Assembly (NCBI GenBank): GCA_051453625.1
Contig: JBOZIK010000001.1
Span: 37,706,064-37,769,784 of the forward strand
From: Welwitschia mirabilis
Lineage: Eukaryota
Direction: 5' to 3'
Length of the DNA stretch: 63,721 nucleotides
In this document: one piece after another, positions 36,101-46,736 of the stretch
Numbering within the stretch: the first letter of the stretch is position 1
Layout of the letters: every line of letters starts with the position of its first letter
Position numbers and translations under genes: made by a program
The notes under the pieces: model-generated
The model's database searches: none
What the model saw: the letters and a program-made list of their open reading frames with translations, nothing else
What the model was told of the DNA's origin: nothing

Positions 36101-38253
36101 TAAAAATCTAATGATAGATACTATAGCAGGTCATGATATTGAAGCTATAAAAACATGCCACATGATACAAGGAATTCCCTTGGTTAAAAGTAGTAGGGTA
36201 TTTGTACTGCTTAATGTATGTAAGTAGGTATATAAAAAAGTGAAATAAAGCCATGTTGTAGATGAAGAACAAGTGTATACCACATTGGTCGATAAATATT
36301 CAAAAAAGCCACTTCATATGGAAGGCATGTCATTATTTAATTGCGCAAAATATTATGTATTCAATCTAAGGAAAATAGGAGAGGATGCTTGACATCCGAG
36401 AAAGGAATATGCAATTTTCAGAGCTATTTCTAATAGAGATGATGACAAATGGATGGCTTATTGTTGGGCTTAACTAATTCTTCATTATCGATTTAGAGTT
36501 ATCAAACGTGATTTGGGAAGGACAAATAAAGAAATAGAGGCGAAATGGATGTTTGTTGCACATATGTATGAGTAGTGTAATCCATCATATGATTAGGAAT
36601 TAAAACGTGCAATCATCGAGGAGGACCAACATGAAGCCATGGAACCATGACATGTGAATCATTATGAAAATGATTATCAAGTATTAACAAGACATCTACT
36701 AAATAAAGGCCTTCTTCAAAGAAGTGAAAATGACATGCTTGACTTGAGTGATCTTGATAGACATTGTAATTGGTCTGCAAACTATAAAGAAGAAGACTAT
36801 GTAAAATATGTTGTTTCCTTCATGTAAAGTAATAGGACATCAGGTAATTTATTGGTGCAAGATGAAATAAATAAAATAAATGGTGTATCGGGCCTTGGTT
36901 TAAAACAAAGGAAATGCTTTATCATACTCATATCTCATCTGATACTGCAAGAATTCAAGCAAGAAGACATTTAATCTCTACGCATGATAATCCAAGGAAC
37001 GACAGGAACAAGAAAATCTTTTCTTATTCATGCTATAAGAAGTGAATTTAAGAAGATTTATCTAGATAAATAGGTATTATTATGGTGCTTGCACCAACTG
37101 GATTCATTGTGTACAACATCAAGGAAACAATAGTACATTTAGCATTAGGTCTTAAGGTTGGTAACTACGAGTCTGCTTCATCGAGCTAGTTGCTACATCT
37201 TCAAGAACAGCTAAAAATATTAAATGCATCATTTTTTATGACATGAGTTTTATAGGGGACAAAATGTTACTTAATATTGATAAAAGGCTTAAAAAGATAT
37301 TTCCAGCTCATCACCATATGAGCTTTAATGAAAGGTATAACACATTAATAGGTGATCTTACTCAGTTACCTCCAGTGAAGGACTATCCACCATATAATGG
37401 TAGTAAGAAGATGAAGGCATTATAGAGATTATTTGATATAGTTATTGTATTAGATGCAGTCTACAAACAAAAGGGTGATGATCCAAATTAGCAAAGTTTT
37501 AGATATGTATTAATGAATGTAAGAGATGGTAAAGCTTTAAATGATGACTATGAATTTCTAATGATGAGGTCTAAACTTCTTTCCACATCCAAGGGAATAG
37601 ATGATTTCCAAGATTTAATTCATCTATTTGCCATGAATGATATGGTTTCCTCTCATAACTGAAAGTGCTTGCTTCAAATGCAATCATCCATTACATGATG
37701 TTTAGCAGACAAGACACGAGATTTAGTTTAAATACGATGATGCTAACGGTGGATTGGAAACAGAGCTTTTTCTTTGTCAAGGAACTAGAGTCATGTTAAC
37801 TATGAACATATGGCCTGAATTTGGATTAGTAAATGGATCTATGGGTGTTGTTAAATCAATAGTTCATTAGATAAGGAAAAATCCACCTAATCTTTCAACC
37901 TATGTTATGGTTAACTTTGATACCTACAATGGAGTTCCTTTCGATGAATCAAGTCCAAAAATAGTTCATATCATCTCGCTCTCTAGAGATCGATCAAAAC
38001 AACTACTTCTCAAACTTGCTTGGGCATTAACAATTCATAAATCTCAGGGAATAATCCTAAGTAAAGCATGGATAGACATTTGTCCCAAGGAAATATCAGG
38101 ATTAACTTTTGTGGCTCTATCTCGAGTGAAGTTAATAAAATCATTGAAAATATTACATCCCTTCTCTAAACAGAGATATAGAAAATTATCCAAGGGTTCT
38201 AACTTGGAGAAGTAATTAAAGAAGAGTAATGTTTAACAAGCTTGGAAGTCTAA
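33165..38253 (+). pseudogene. RepHel transposase (HUH Rep + Pif1-like helicase), intron-containing, many stops and frameshifts
   Basis: NDIDPGPQP..LTQVKEMLI..GGQLVYRGNTISFPQD; FPSLFPTG; GRFGHHP; LRGTSPYW; PTIFFTLSAVDLYW; DY*TRFEWQNRGSPHVHGFLW (35328-35390); WR..IDFQP..AKYASK. Helicase: GTTGTRKS, LAPTG, DMSFIG, GDLTQLPPV, GLVNGSMG, AWALTIHKSQG, FVALSRV. Ends LEV*. Confidence 0.92.
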
Positions 38254-38865
38254 AATACATTGTCTTTCTAATAATTTGCTAATTCATTTATGGTGTACAT
38301 TTGTATCAAATGATATAAAATGAATTATTATTAATTTTTTATAATTAAACTTTACTAATTTATCTATGCTACATGTCTGTATTATTATTTATTACCTTCA
38401 TTGTAATACTTAAATGCCTATATTGTTCTCTATTAGCTTTATTGTAATAAAGTGTTAGTTGATCTTTCTATAAACTTTATGAGCACTTCCTTTCCTATAT
38501 TATTATCTTTTTCACTTCATGATTTTTACATTTAAATATAGAAAAGAGATATCATTAGATACTTAAATCATTACTAATTATTTCTAATATTAAGATTATA
38601 TGTTTAAATCACATGTGTGGTAATAATGATTATAAATACAAATGAAAGCATGTGCATAAAGGCCTTTCTAATTAAAGCAATTATGACTCGTGAAATTGAT
38701 TCCATAAAAGACGCAATAATCAGGGGCAGATGACCACTAGCTTAAATATATATTCCATATACATTNNNNNNNNNNNNNNNNNNNNNNNNNNNNNNNNNNN
38801 NNNNNNNNNNNNNNNNNNNNNNNNNNNNNNNNNNNNNNNNNNNNNNNNNNNNNNNNNNNNNNNNN

Positions 38866-39569
38866 ATGATCCAAATCAGCAAAGGTTTAGAAATGTATTA
38901 ACGAATGTAAAATATGGTAAAGCTTTAGATGATGATTATGAATTTCTAATGATGAGGTCTGAACTTCCTTCCACATCCAATAGAATGAATGGTTTTGAAG
39001 ATTCAGTTCATCTATTCACCATGAATGGTATGGTTTACTCTCATAATAGAAAGTGCTTACTTCAAATGCAATTACTCATTGCATGATGTGTAGTAGACAA
39101 GATACAAGATTCAATTAGATATGATGATGTTGATGGTGAATTGGAAACAGAGCTTCTTCTTTATCAAGGAGCTTAGTTTATCAGCCAAGAAAGAATCCAC
39201 TTGATCTTCCAACCTATGTCATGGTTGACTTTAAAACCTACACTAAGGTTCCTTTCAATGAATCAAGTTCAAAAATAGTTCCTATAATCCCGTTTTCTAG
39301 AGATTGATTAAAACAACTACCTCTCAAACTCACTTAGACATTATCAATTCATAAATCTTAGGGGATAACCCTTAGTAATACATGTATAGGCATTAGTCCT
39401 AAGGAAATGCCAGGATTGACTTTTGTGACCCTTCTTTTGAGTGAAGTCAATAGAATCATTGAAGATCTTACATCCCTTCTCTAAACAGAGATATAGAAAA
39501 TTATCCAAGGGTTCTAACTTGGAAAAGCAGATTCAAGAAGAGCAATGTTTAGCAAGCTTAGAAGTCTGA
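38866..39569 (+). pseudogene. Second, diverged copy of the helicase C-terminal part
   Basis: Aligns with 37478-38253 at roughly 85-90% by eye and lacks the VMLTMN..GLVNGSMG segment (deletion near 39173). Its downstream region 39570-40105 matches 38254-38765. Confidence 0.9.
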
Positions 39570-40079
39570 AACACATAGTCTTTGTAATAATTTTCTAGTT
39601 CATTTGTTATGTATATTTGTATCAAATAATATAAAATGAATTATTATTTATTTCTTACAATTAAATATTACTAATTTATTTATTCTAGATGCTTGTATTG
39701 TTATTTGTTACCTTTGTTGTAATACTTAAATGCATTTATTGTTCTTTATTAGCTTCATTATAAAAAAATGATAATTGACCTCTTTATAAACTATATGAAC
39801 ACTTTCTTTCCTACGTTATTATCTTTTTCATTTCATGCATTTTGACATTTAAATATAGAAAAGAGATATCATTAGATACTTAACTCATTACCAATTATTT
39901 CCGACATTGAGATTATTTGTTTAAATCACAAGATTAGTAATAATGATTACAAATAAAAATGAAGGCATGTCTATAAAGGTCTTTCTAATTAAAGTAATTA
40001 TGACTCATGAAATTGATTCTATAAAAGACTTAATAATTATTGCACTTATAACTAATAATAATCAATCGTAGATGATCAC

Positions 40080-40443
40080 TAGCGTAGTTATATATTTCAT
40101 ATAGATGGAATATTTGGTCGAGAGATGTCAATTTCTACTACCTTTCAAGGGTACAAGAATTAACCTAACTGCATTTCTGAGAATGAGGCATTGCCTTTTG
40201 ATGAATGGTCAACCTTGACCATACGATCAAAGTCAACGTTAATAGAAGTCAAAGTCAACTTTGAGTGTGGTTAAAGTCAACACCAATGTGTAGGTAAAAC
40301 ATGGTTAGGTTAATGCTTGTGCCCTCATCCAATAGGCAGTAGAAATGCAGTTACGTTAATGCTTGTTCCCCTATCCGAAAGGCAGTAGAAATTGATATCT
40401 ATTGGTCAAATATTCGATGTATATGAAATATATATCTAAGCTA
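40080..40443. repeat. Foldback A: ~95-bp imperfect inverted arms around a ~165-bp spacer
   Basis: tagcgtagttatatatttcatatagatggaatatttgg..aactgcatttct pairs with agaaatgcagtt..aatattcgatgtatatgaaatatatatctaagcta. Confidence 0.9.
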
Positions 40444-40444
40444 T

Positions 40445-41728
40445 TATGCTCAACGCAGATGGTATTAGGTAACACAAGTAGGCTAGACATTATTGTACAA
40501 GAGTTTTATGTTCAATGTAGATGGTATTAGGTGGTTCGTGTTGCCCATATATTACCACACAAAAGTTGTATATTAGTGTAGATGACCTTAGGTGACACAA
40601 GTAACCCATACATTACCATAGAAGGGTTGTATGTTTAGTACAGATAGTGTTACCTATGGATGGTATTAGGTGACACAAGTGGCTCATGCATTACATAAAG
40701 ACTTGTATGCTTAGTGTAGATGGTATTAGGTGACCCAAGTGGCTTATGCATTACATGGAAGACTTTTATGCTCAGTGTAAGTGGTATTAGGTAATACCCG
40801 TGGCCCACACATTATCATACCCAACTTGTATTAGCTAATATAAGTGGCCCATACATTGTCATACAAGACTTATATGCTCAGTGCAGATGGCATTACCCAT
40901 GGATGGGTGAAATAAGTGGTTGATATATTTCCATACAAAAGTGCACATGGTGTTACCTGTAGATGTTATTAAGTGATACACATCTCTCATGCATTACCAT
41001 ACAAGGCTTCAAAAGCTAATATGGTGTTACCCACTAGTATTAGGTGATACAAGTGACCCATACATTACAAGGCAAGAATGCAAATAAGATTACCCATAGA
41101 TGATATTAGACGACACAACTGACCCATGCATTACCATAAACGAATGTAGATGATAGTAGGCGCAAATGGTGTTAGGTGACACAAGTGGCCCATATATTAC
41201 TATACCATAGAAGACTTGGGTACTTACTGCACATGTATTATGTGACACAACTACATATGACACAAGTGGTCCATACCATATATGATACGTATGCTTGGTG
41301 CAAATGGCGTAAGGTAACACATGTGACATAAGTGGGCCATATGACATATGTACAAATGACATTAAGTGCCAAGTGGTCCATACATTACCATACAAGACTT
41401 GCATGCTTAGTGCAAATGGTACTAGGTTATATTAAAGTGGCTCATACAACAAAAGTGCAAATGACATTAGGTGATACGCGAGTGCTGCATATGACATAAA
41501 TGCAAATGGTATTAGGTGATACAACACACGATGCAAGTGCAAATGCTATTAGGTAACACAAGTGGCCCATACATTACCATACAAGACTTGTATGTGGCCC
41601 ATATGACACGAATGCAAATGGTATTCGACCACATATGTGACACACACGACCCAAATGTATATGGTATTAGGTGTTACAAATGGCCCATACATAACCATAC
41701 AAGACTCGTATGCTTAATGCAAATGGTA
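40445..41728. repeat. ~60-bp satellite array, degenerate
   Basis: Approximate consensus gtagatggtattaggtgacacaagtggcccatacattaccatacaagacttgtatgcttagt. Separated partial monomers lie at 28431-28462 and 44621-44670. Confidence 0.92.
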
Positions 41729-41774
41729 CTAGCTTAGATATACAATACATATATATATATTTAAAAGTTGGCCA

Positions 41775-41884
41775 AGATTTATCAATTTTTTTCACCTTTC
41801 GGACGAGGCTACGAGCATTAAGGCAAATATATTTGCCTTAATACTTGTAGCCTCGTCTGAAAGGCGAAAAAATTTGATAAATCT
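41775..41884. repeat. Foldback B: loop-less 110-bp palindrome
   Basis: Two 55-bp arms centred on 41829/41830; 50/55 identical to the reverse complement, no indels. Confidence 0.95.
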
Positions 41885-42629
41885 ATCTAAACTAGTGGTC
41901 ACCAGCCACTGATTAATAATAGTTATAAGTTCAATATTAAACTATAATACAAAAGATAGGTAAACAACATCAACAAAAATATTCATTTCAATGCTTCAAA
42001 AACATAAAGTTTAACAATTTTTACACACTACAAGTTTGTATCCAATCCAAAAATATTAGATCTTTAACAAATTCAAAGGCATCAAAAGTAAGCTCTTAAA
42101 ACTTCTTAACAAGTAAATTTTCTATTTTCCACATAAGGCATATCCATGTGCATAAATATTATTAAAAACAAAACCTTTAATTTTTATTTTCTAAACTACT
42201 TTTTTACACACACATTTTGAAACATTCTTCTAAACCTTCTCCATCCTAAAATGGCCTTAATGCTTACTTTATAATCAAACTCTTTAATCTAACCTTTNNN
42301 NNNNNNNNNNNNNNNNNNNNNNNNNNNNNNNNNNNNNNNNNNNNNNNNNNNNNNNNNNNNNNNNNNNNNNNNNNNNNNNNNNNNNNNNNNNNNNNNNNNN
42401 NNNNNNNNNNNNNNNNNNNNNNNNNNNNNNNNNNNNNNNNNNNNNNNNNNNNNNNNNNNNNNNNNNNNNNNNNNNNNNNNNNNNNNNNNNNNNNNNNNNN
42501 NNNNNNNNNNNNNNNNNNNNNNNNNNNNNNNNNNNNNNNNNNNNNNNNNNNNNNNNNNNNNNNNNNNNNNNNNNNNNNNNNNNNNNNNNNNNNNNNNNNN
42601 NNNNNNNNNNNNNNNNNNNNNNNACCTTC

Positions 42630-43145
42630 TCCATCCTAAAATGGCCTTAATGCTTACTCTATAATCAAACTCTTTAATCTAACCTTTTTTAAGATTATCT
42701 CATACTTATTACAACCAATATTTCATTTTATATGTGAAAATCACATTGTTAATTTAGTTTTAAAGAAAAACTTATGAAACTATTTGTTAGTTAGTTTAAT
42801 TAATTTATAGTTGTTAACTTGCAGGTATCAACTTAGGCTAAAAGAGTTCTTCTAAATGTTACAAACATTATCAAACATGTGGAGTTTCAAGGTAGTGTCT
42901 CTTGCACAATGTCTTGGATCTAAAGAGAAAAATATCAATGACATAACTTTGTCAAATTATAGATGTTATAGACGATGGGACCTCCTCTTCTTTATGCAAA
43001 AACTACCTTGGCTTCCAACTTAGCCCCTACCTTTGCAAATCAATTTAATAGTTGTTTTCAAGAGAAACTTTTATTTACCTTAGCCAAAAAATGTTTTATG
43101 GTACTTGGTGTGCAATAGCCCTTGAAAATTATTAACACCCTTACA
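42630..43145 (-). pseudogene. Possible decayed OTU-family cysteine protease fragment
   Basis: KGVNN/frameshift/RAIAHQV (43142-43102) resembles the OTU motif GDxNCxFRA(I/L)AxQ. Weaker GGPI..SYVIDIF and H(Y)KAI-like segments follow. Confidence 0.35.
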
Positions 43146-44227
43146 ACATATTTTTATTTACAACTCTTAGATTTTGACTTTCTAATACCTTTGCTTTTAG
43201 GATGGTCTTTAAGTTATTAACACTACTCTTTATTAGAAACACTACAACTTTCTAGATATACAATAAGTAGAGGGAGTGTTGAACTTCAAATGATATTACC
43301 TTTTAAATAAATGATTTAACTACATCACAGCCTTTTAAAAGTATGTTAAACATTAACAATTTAAACCCAGAACCACTTCTTATATGACTAATTCAACTAT
43401 CATCCTAGACATATAATAATTTATTCATCATTATTTATGTTTTTTTTAGCTGCTGTGGTGTCTTTGATTCGTTCAGAGCCATGATTAAAGGCTATGAAGA
43501 GTCAAAAGTGTAGGAGTGTTTGTGGACAGTAGATAGCCCATAGTGCTCTCTTTTGACAAATAAATGAATATGTATTATCATTTTCAAAGATCCTCTCATA
43601 ATAATTCATTTGACACTATTTATTTGTAGTTTGTTATTACTGGATGCTTCCATATCAGTATTAAGTTAACTTCTTTATGTTTTGCTTAATGTTAATTTTC
43701 TCTTCTGCCAGATGCAATATAATAAAAACTTCTACAGAACTCCAGCTTCATGGAGTAACCTGTTATTTATTGCCCTCTTTTAACCGTATCTGAACGTATT
43801 CCACCCATATACTATAGATTCTCCACTGGCGGAGATCATATTATTGCTTCCAATGAATTCACAGCTTATTTTAAGCAAATTACAAATACTTAAAAATCTG
43901 AGTGGCATTTTGCCGAGTCCAATCATTTATCTCTGCCCTTTTCTTGGAAAATAAGGAGTGCTTCTCTCATCTCATCCATCTAACTCAAATGCAAATGAGA
44001 TCAACAATAAGAGGTGGACAATCTCAAAATATTGCTAAAATGTGTTATATCACTTTACCCATACAATGTGTCATTAGCGAGAGATGCAGATTAAGTTAGA
44101 GAAGGTCCAAAATTTCTGTGAGTTGAATAAAGAAGGCAGATGGTGATTGGATGAGAAGCGGAAGCCACACTGATGAAGATGGAAGTGTGGAAATTTGAAA
44201 TGCAGGCATGAATGGCCAGGAATACCA

Positions 44228-44402
44228 AACGCTCCTGCTGAAACCCCGAAACACTCTTGTAGATGCCGAAACGCTCCTGAAAATGCCGAAAACATTCCTG
44301 AAAATGCCGAAATGCTCCTGAAAACGCTGGGAACGGTCCTGAAACGCTCCTCTGAAACGCCCCTCTGAAAACACCCCTCTGAAATGCTCCTCCTGAAGCG
44401 CT
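44228..44402. repeat. Cluster of short gaaacgctcct / gaaa(a)tgcc repeats
   Basis: More than ten imperfect 9-13-bp units near the 5' end of the non-autonomous element. Confidence 0.8.
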
Positions 44403-46736
44403 CACACCCAATTAAAAAAATAGGAGCATAACTAGTACAATGAAACTAGTACAAAAAAATAGGAGCATAACTAGTGCTTTCTTTAGCAGGAAATGCTACA
44501 TCTCTAGCAGGAAACGTGGAGTCTCTGGCAGGAAACACGGTGTTTGCAGTATTCAATTTTAGAATTTGGAGTAACGCCATCCCGGATAATTCAGTGACTA
44601 GGGATGGCCTCTTAGCCAAATTAAGTGACACAAGTGACTCATACATTACTATACAAGACATGTATGCCTAGGTTATCGGGCCTACAAGTAGTGCTATTAA
44701 ATTTGGTAGCATGCTCGCTATTCCTTGGACCTTCGACTCTAATTAGTTCTAATACTTGGACTTTATAACTGCTCATATAATCTATATGCTATAAAAAATC
44801 CCTTAAAAATTATTTTGATGAATTTACAGATTCAATGGCTACAATAAACTCAAGTTAGAGCCACTAGGTCAGTAAGATATCAAACAAGAAAATTTATCAT
44901 GTATAGAAGGGACTTGGCCAATAGAAAATCAAAATCATTCATGCATGAAAGTAATTGTGAAATCAAACATTTAACAGAAGAAAACATAACCATTCATAGA
45001 CCTGACATAAATTATTAAATTCATGTAATCTCAAAAACAAGAAACACATATTGAAACTAAATATGAAACTTTGGCATATTGTAGTGTAATAATAACTTCT
45101 TTGGGTTGAAGAGTCTCATGAAGCCTCATTTAATTTAAGAACAATTTACTATAAAACTTGGATTTATCTTTAAATGCATCCTCGATTATTTGCACTATTA
45201 ACTTTAAGTTAATACCATCTTATTTAAATTATTATTTGATTACTTTTAAACTCGTTTTCACCTTTTTCACCACCATCCTTATAAATCATTATTTATTACT
45301 TTTTTGCCCTTTTTCATTGTGTATTTTGTTTTTGTAAATCAAAACATAATTTCTTAACATAAGAATTTCTTATTTCTGTTATTATAATTACTACTTATTC
45401 TTAAATTAAAGAATTATTAATGTATGTTTTGACTCTTCAAATAAATTTTGTTTTTTTAATTGAAAGACTTTTTCAAGAATTAAACTCACAACCTTAAAGA
45501 CACGAGAGCACTACTCTATTGTTAGGACGTCTCTTTAGAGATAAATAAAACTTTTTTTCAATAATATAGATTTTAAAATAAGACCTATAATTTTATGTCC
45601 TCTCAACAATTCCTATAATTTTATGTCCTCTCAACAATTCCTTATAAATTTTACCTTCTCCAACATAGACATAAGTCCATTATTTTTTGTTCATTATCTT
45701 CTTTGACTTGATTTTCCAGATCCTGAGTTATAATCAATGGCTACAAAGACCAAGGCAAAAAATTTAAGTTCATTTCCTTCTTTTACTTAACATGGAAGCC
45801 AAGGATTCTAGAATTCCAAAGTAGAATTGTCTAGGCATGACAATGCCAAATAAACTGCTCAGCCAAGATCTTGCAAGCTTGTCTTTATCACTAAACATGA
45901 TAACTCCTTCTTTCTGCTTCAAGACTATAAACTAAGCACATCACTATGATCTTGAAAATGACAAGGAAGCTATTAACCCCTCGAAAGAGATGGAATATCA
46001 AGTAGCTTTCATTCTTAAAGAAATGATTTTAAGTGCTATACCTTCAAAAATGAGAAAGAAGCAACTAAGCACTTAGAAGACAGGGCAATGTGAAGTAGCT
46101 TTCATTTCTAATAGATAATTTGTTTCACAAAACGTTCATGGCCCCACAGATTTCAAAAGGTTTCAAATTGTGAAGAATACTCCTTATATTTGCAATAATG
46201 GTTTTGTGTTACTTCATTGACTACTAGAAATATATATCCTATTTACTTCTGTCCTCATTAATGTGAACGAAGTAAATCACGTCCATTTCCAAAGTCAACA
46301 CCAACATACAACTGCTATTTGGATTTTTTTGAAAAGACAATCAATATTAAGAATATTTGTGATCAAGATATGTAAAATCTACTTAAAACTAACAATTCTA
46401 TTATTACTAATATATTAACCATCATAAATTCTAATTTCACATAAGTAACCTAATAGAATAATGATATCATAAACAACGAAATAAGAAGCATATGTATGGT
46501 AAGAATTTGTGTTAACTCATCTATAATACTAGTAATGCCCTTCTCCACTTTTACTTTCCACGTTTCACACTCCTATCATGTCTACAAATGAAGGAAGCTA
46601 CTGAACTATACCAAACTGTACATAGAAAGACCAAACTTCAACCCTAAATCAACATCCCCCACTACCCTTTTAACGACAGACGTTAAAATTCCAGGAAATC
46701 TTAACATCCCCGTTTAGCCCCTCTTAACGGCAAACG

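Larger units (their letters stand above)
28462..40444 (+). mobile_element. Helitron-like rolling-circle element (HLE2 / Helitron2-Helentron-type RepHel); decayed composite with duplicated 3' part
   Basis: Contains the RepHel relic. The flanks ..ttataagacttg (28461) and tatgctcaacgcagatgg (40445) join into one satellite monomer with no TSD. The 5' end lies partly in a 10-N gap; the 3' end is a long foldback. Confidence 0.75.
41729..44620 (-). mobile_element. Non-autonomous Helitron-like element, ~2.9 kb including a gap
   Basis: Removing it joins aatggtA (41728) to Ttaagtgacacaagtg (44621), restoring the monomer with no TSD. Minus strand begins TTTGGCTAAGAG followed by the hairpin GCCATCCC-n17-GGGATGGC and ends ..TCTAAGCTAG. 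41885-41940 is the reverse complement of 40035-40090. Confidence 0.8.

Noticed and set aside
40445-41728. CRISPR-like array, or coding ORFs at 41090-41737
   Set aside because: Contiguous degenerate monomers without unique spacers, in a eukaryotic context; the ORFs are by-products of the repeat.
42234-42690. 64-bp direct repeat flanking the N gap
   Set aside because: Near-identical (one substitution) on both sides of a gap; most likely contig overlap.
41729-44620. Replitron or TIR (Mutator/CACTA) identity for this element
   Set aside because: No TSD and no symmetric TIRs; its ends match the neighbouring element, which encodes Rep fused to a helicase.
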